Shown one piece after another: positions 62,701 through 64,000 of a stretch of DNA of 64,000 nt. Every line of letters begins with the position of its first letter. Position 1 is the first letter of the stretch. The position numbers and the translations under genes are program-made. Under the pieces are notes generated by a model that did not search any database, was not told where the DNA came from, and was given only the letters and a program-made list of their open reading frames with translations. The DNA comes from Mobula hypostoma (Eukaryota): positions 18,044,001-18,108,000 of the forward strand of contig NC_086118.1 in the NCBI RefSeq assembly GCF_963921235.1, read 5' to 3'.

Positions 62701-63493
62701 CCCAGCAATTTTAGTTTAAACTCTCCCCAGTAGCCTTAGCGAACCTCCCTACCAGGATATATTTCCCCTTCGGATTCAAGTGCAACCTGTTCTTTTTGTA
62801 CAGGTCATGCCTGCCCCAGAAGATGTCCCAATAATCCAGAGATCTGAATCCTTGCCCCCTGCTGAAATCCCTCAGCTGCGCATTTATCCTCCACCTCACT
62901 CTATTCCTATACTCACTGTCATGTGGCACAGGCAGTAATCTCGAGATTGCTACCTTTGAGGTCCTGCTTCTCAGCTGCCTTCCTGACTCCCTGTAGTCTG
63001 TTTTCAGAACCTCCTCCCTTTTCCTACATATGTCATTGGTGCCAATATGCACCACGACCTCTGGCTGTTCATCTTTCCATTTCAGGACGTGATAGACGTG
63101 ATCAGAAACATCCTGGACCCTGGCACCTGGGAGGCAAACTACCATCCGTGCTTCTTTCCTGCATCCATTGAATTATCTGTCTGACCCCTAACTTATAGAG
63201 TCCCCTATCACTGCTGCCATCCTCTTCCTTTCCCTACCTTTCTAAGACACAGGGCCAGACTCTGTGCCAGAGGCGCGGCCACTGTTGCTTCCCCCAGGTA
63301 GGTCATCACCCCCCCCCCCGACAGTACTCAAGCAGGAGTACTTATTGTTAAGGGGGACAGCCACAGGGGTACTCTCTAGTATCTGACTCTTGCCCCTTCC
63401 CTCTCCTGACTGTTATCCACTTACCTGTCTTCCGAGGACCCGGTGTGACTACTTGCCTATAGCTCTATCACCTCCTCACTTTCGCTGACCAGA
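59795..63493 (-). mobile_element. CR1 LINE (ORF1 esterase + ORF2 APE-RT), truncated at both ends; same subfamily as 20830-24291
   Basis: ORF 62711-63145 is SGNH-like (CLPGARVQDV, HIGTNDI, LHLN). ORF2 pieces 62454-62708, 61796-62179, 61348-61599, 60042-60902 (NYRPVSLTS, SGVPQGS, KFADDTKVGG) and 59752-60042. Confidence 0.93.
60896..61140 (-). mobile_element. Young 5'-truncated Rex1-type 3' end nested in CR1
   Basis: ACAT duplicated at 60892-95 and 61141-44. The rc starts gataagactgctgaacgg (IRLLN) and ends aataaagtatgaagtatg. Confidence 0.8.
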
Positions 63494-64000
63494 ATACCCT
63501 CATATTTCAGTATATGAGAGTATAATTCAGATCTAAATGTTGGAATACTTGTTGTTGAGTCATTGGTATTTATGCTATTTTTCAAAGTTCATATTCTGCT
63601 GCAAATGAACATATTTTTCGGTTACTCTTGATGACATTTTACTATATCATCTTGGCCTGGATGGCCTCAAAATATTTTCCAGTCTTTTGTTTTTAAAAAA
63701 AGTGGTTTAATTCTAATTTAACAAGGAAGAAGATGCTATTTTCATCTCAGCAATGGAAATTATAGTTACAGTCTTGAATAGGATAAATAGAAATTCCCAG
63801 AAAGGTTAAATGCATTTAAACTGGATAAGTTATTCAATCTCGACAGGTTAAACTGAGAGAAATAAGCAAAGAAATTGCAGAAGTTTTGGTCATAATCCTC
63901 TAAACTTCAGTGAATTCAAGTGGTGCCTAAAGACTGGAACATGACAAATGTTACATTCTTGTTTAAAAACAAGTGTAGGACTAAACCCAGTCATGACAGA

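Overview
Eukaryotic, AT-rich, intron-dominated vertebrate DNA. The repeat families (CR1, Rex1-type, Penelope and V-SINE) suggest a cartilaginous fish, probably a ray; this is inference. The window holds eight consecutive internal coding exons (+ strand, 1276 nt, about 425 aa, all GT-AG, phases compatible) of an axonemal outer-arm dynein heavy chain, best matching DNAH9, from the end of AAA5 through the buttress into AAA6. The gene begins before and continues after the window. The introns are filled with decayed and often nested transposable elements: many CR1 LINEs, Rex1/Babar-type and RTE fragments, an L1 3' end with a 12-bp TSD, Penelope-like remnants with minimal hammerhead-ribozyme motifs, a Passport-like IR/DR Tc1, a Tigger/pogo derivative, a Chapaev3 remnant, hAT MITEs and a probable solo LTR. 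The most unusual item is a 2.39-kb AcademX DNA transposon with both TIRs and a 3-bp TSD; it has lost most of its transposase but keeps a long open XPG/FEN1-type nuclease frame. I see no convincing evidence of a wholly new biological system. All family assignments are from motif recognition, not database searches.
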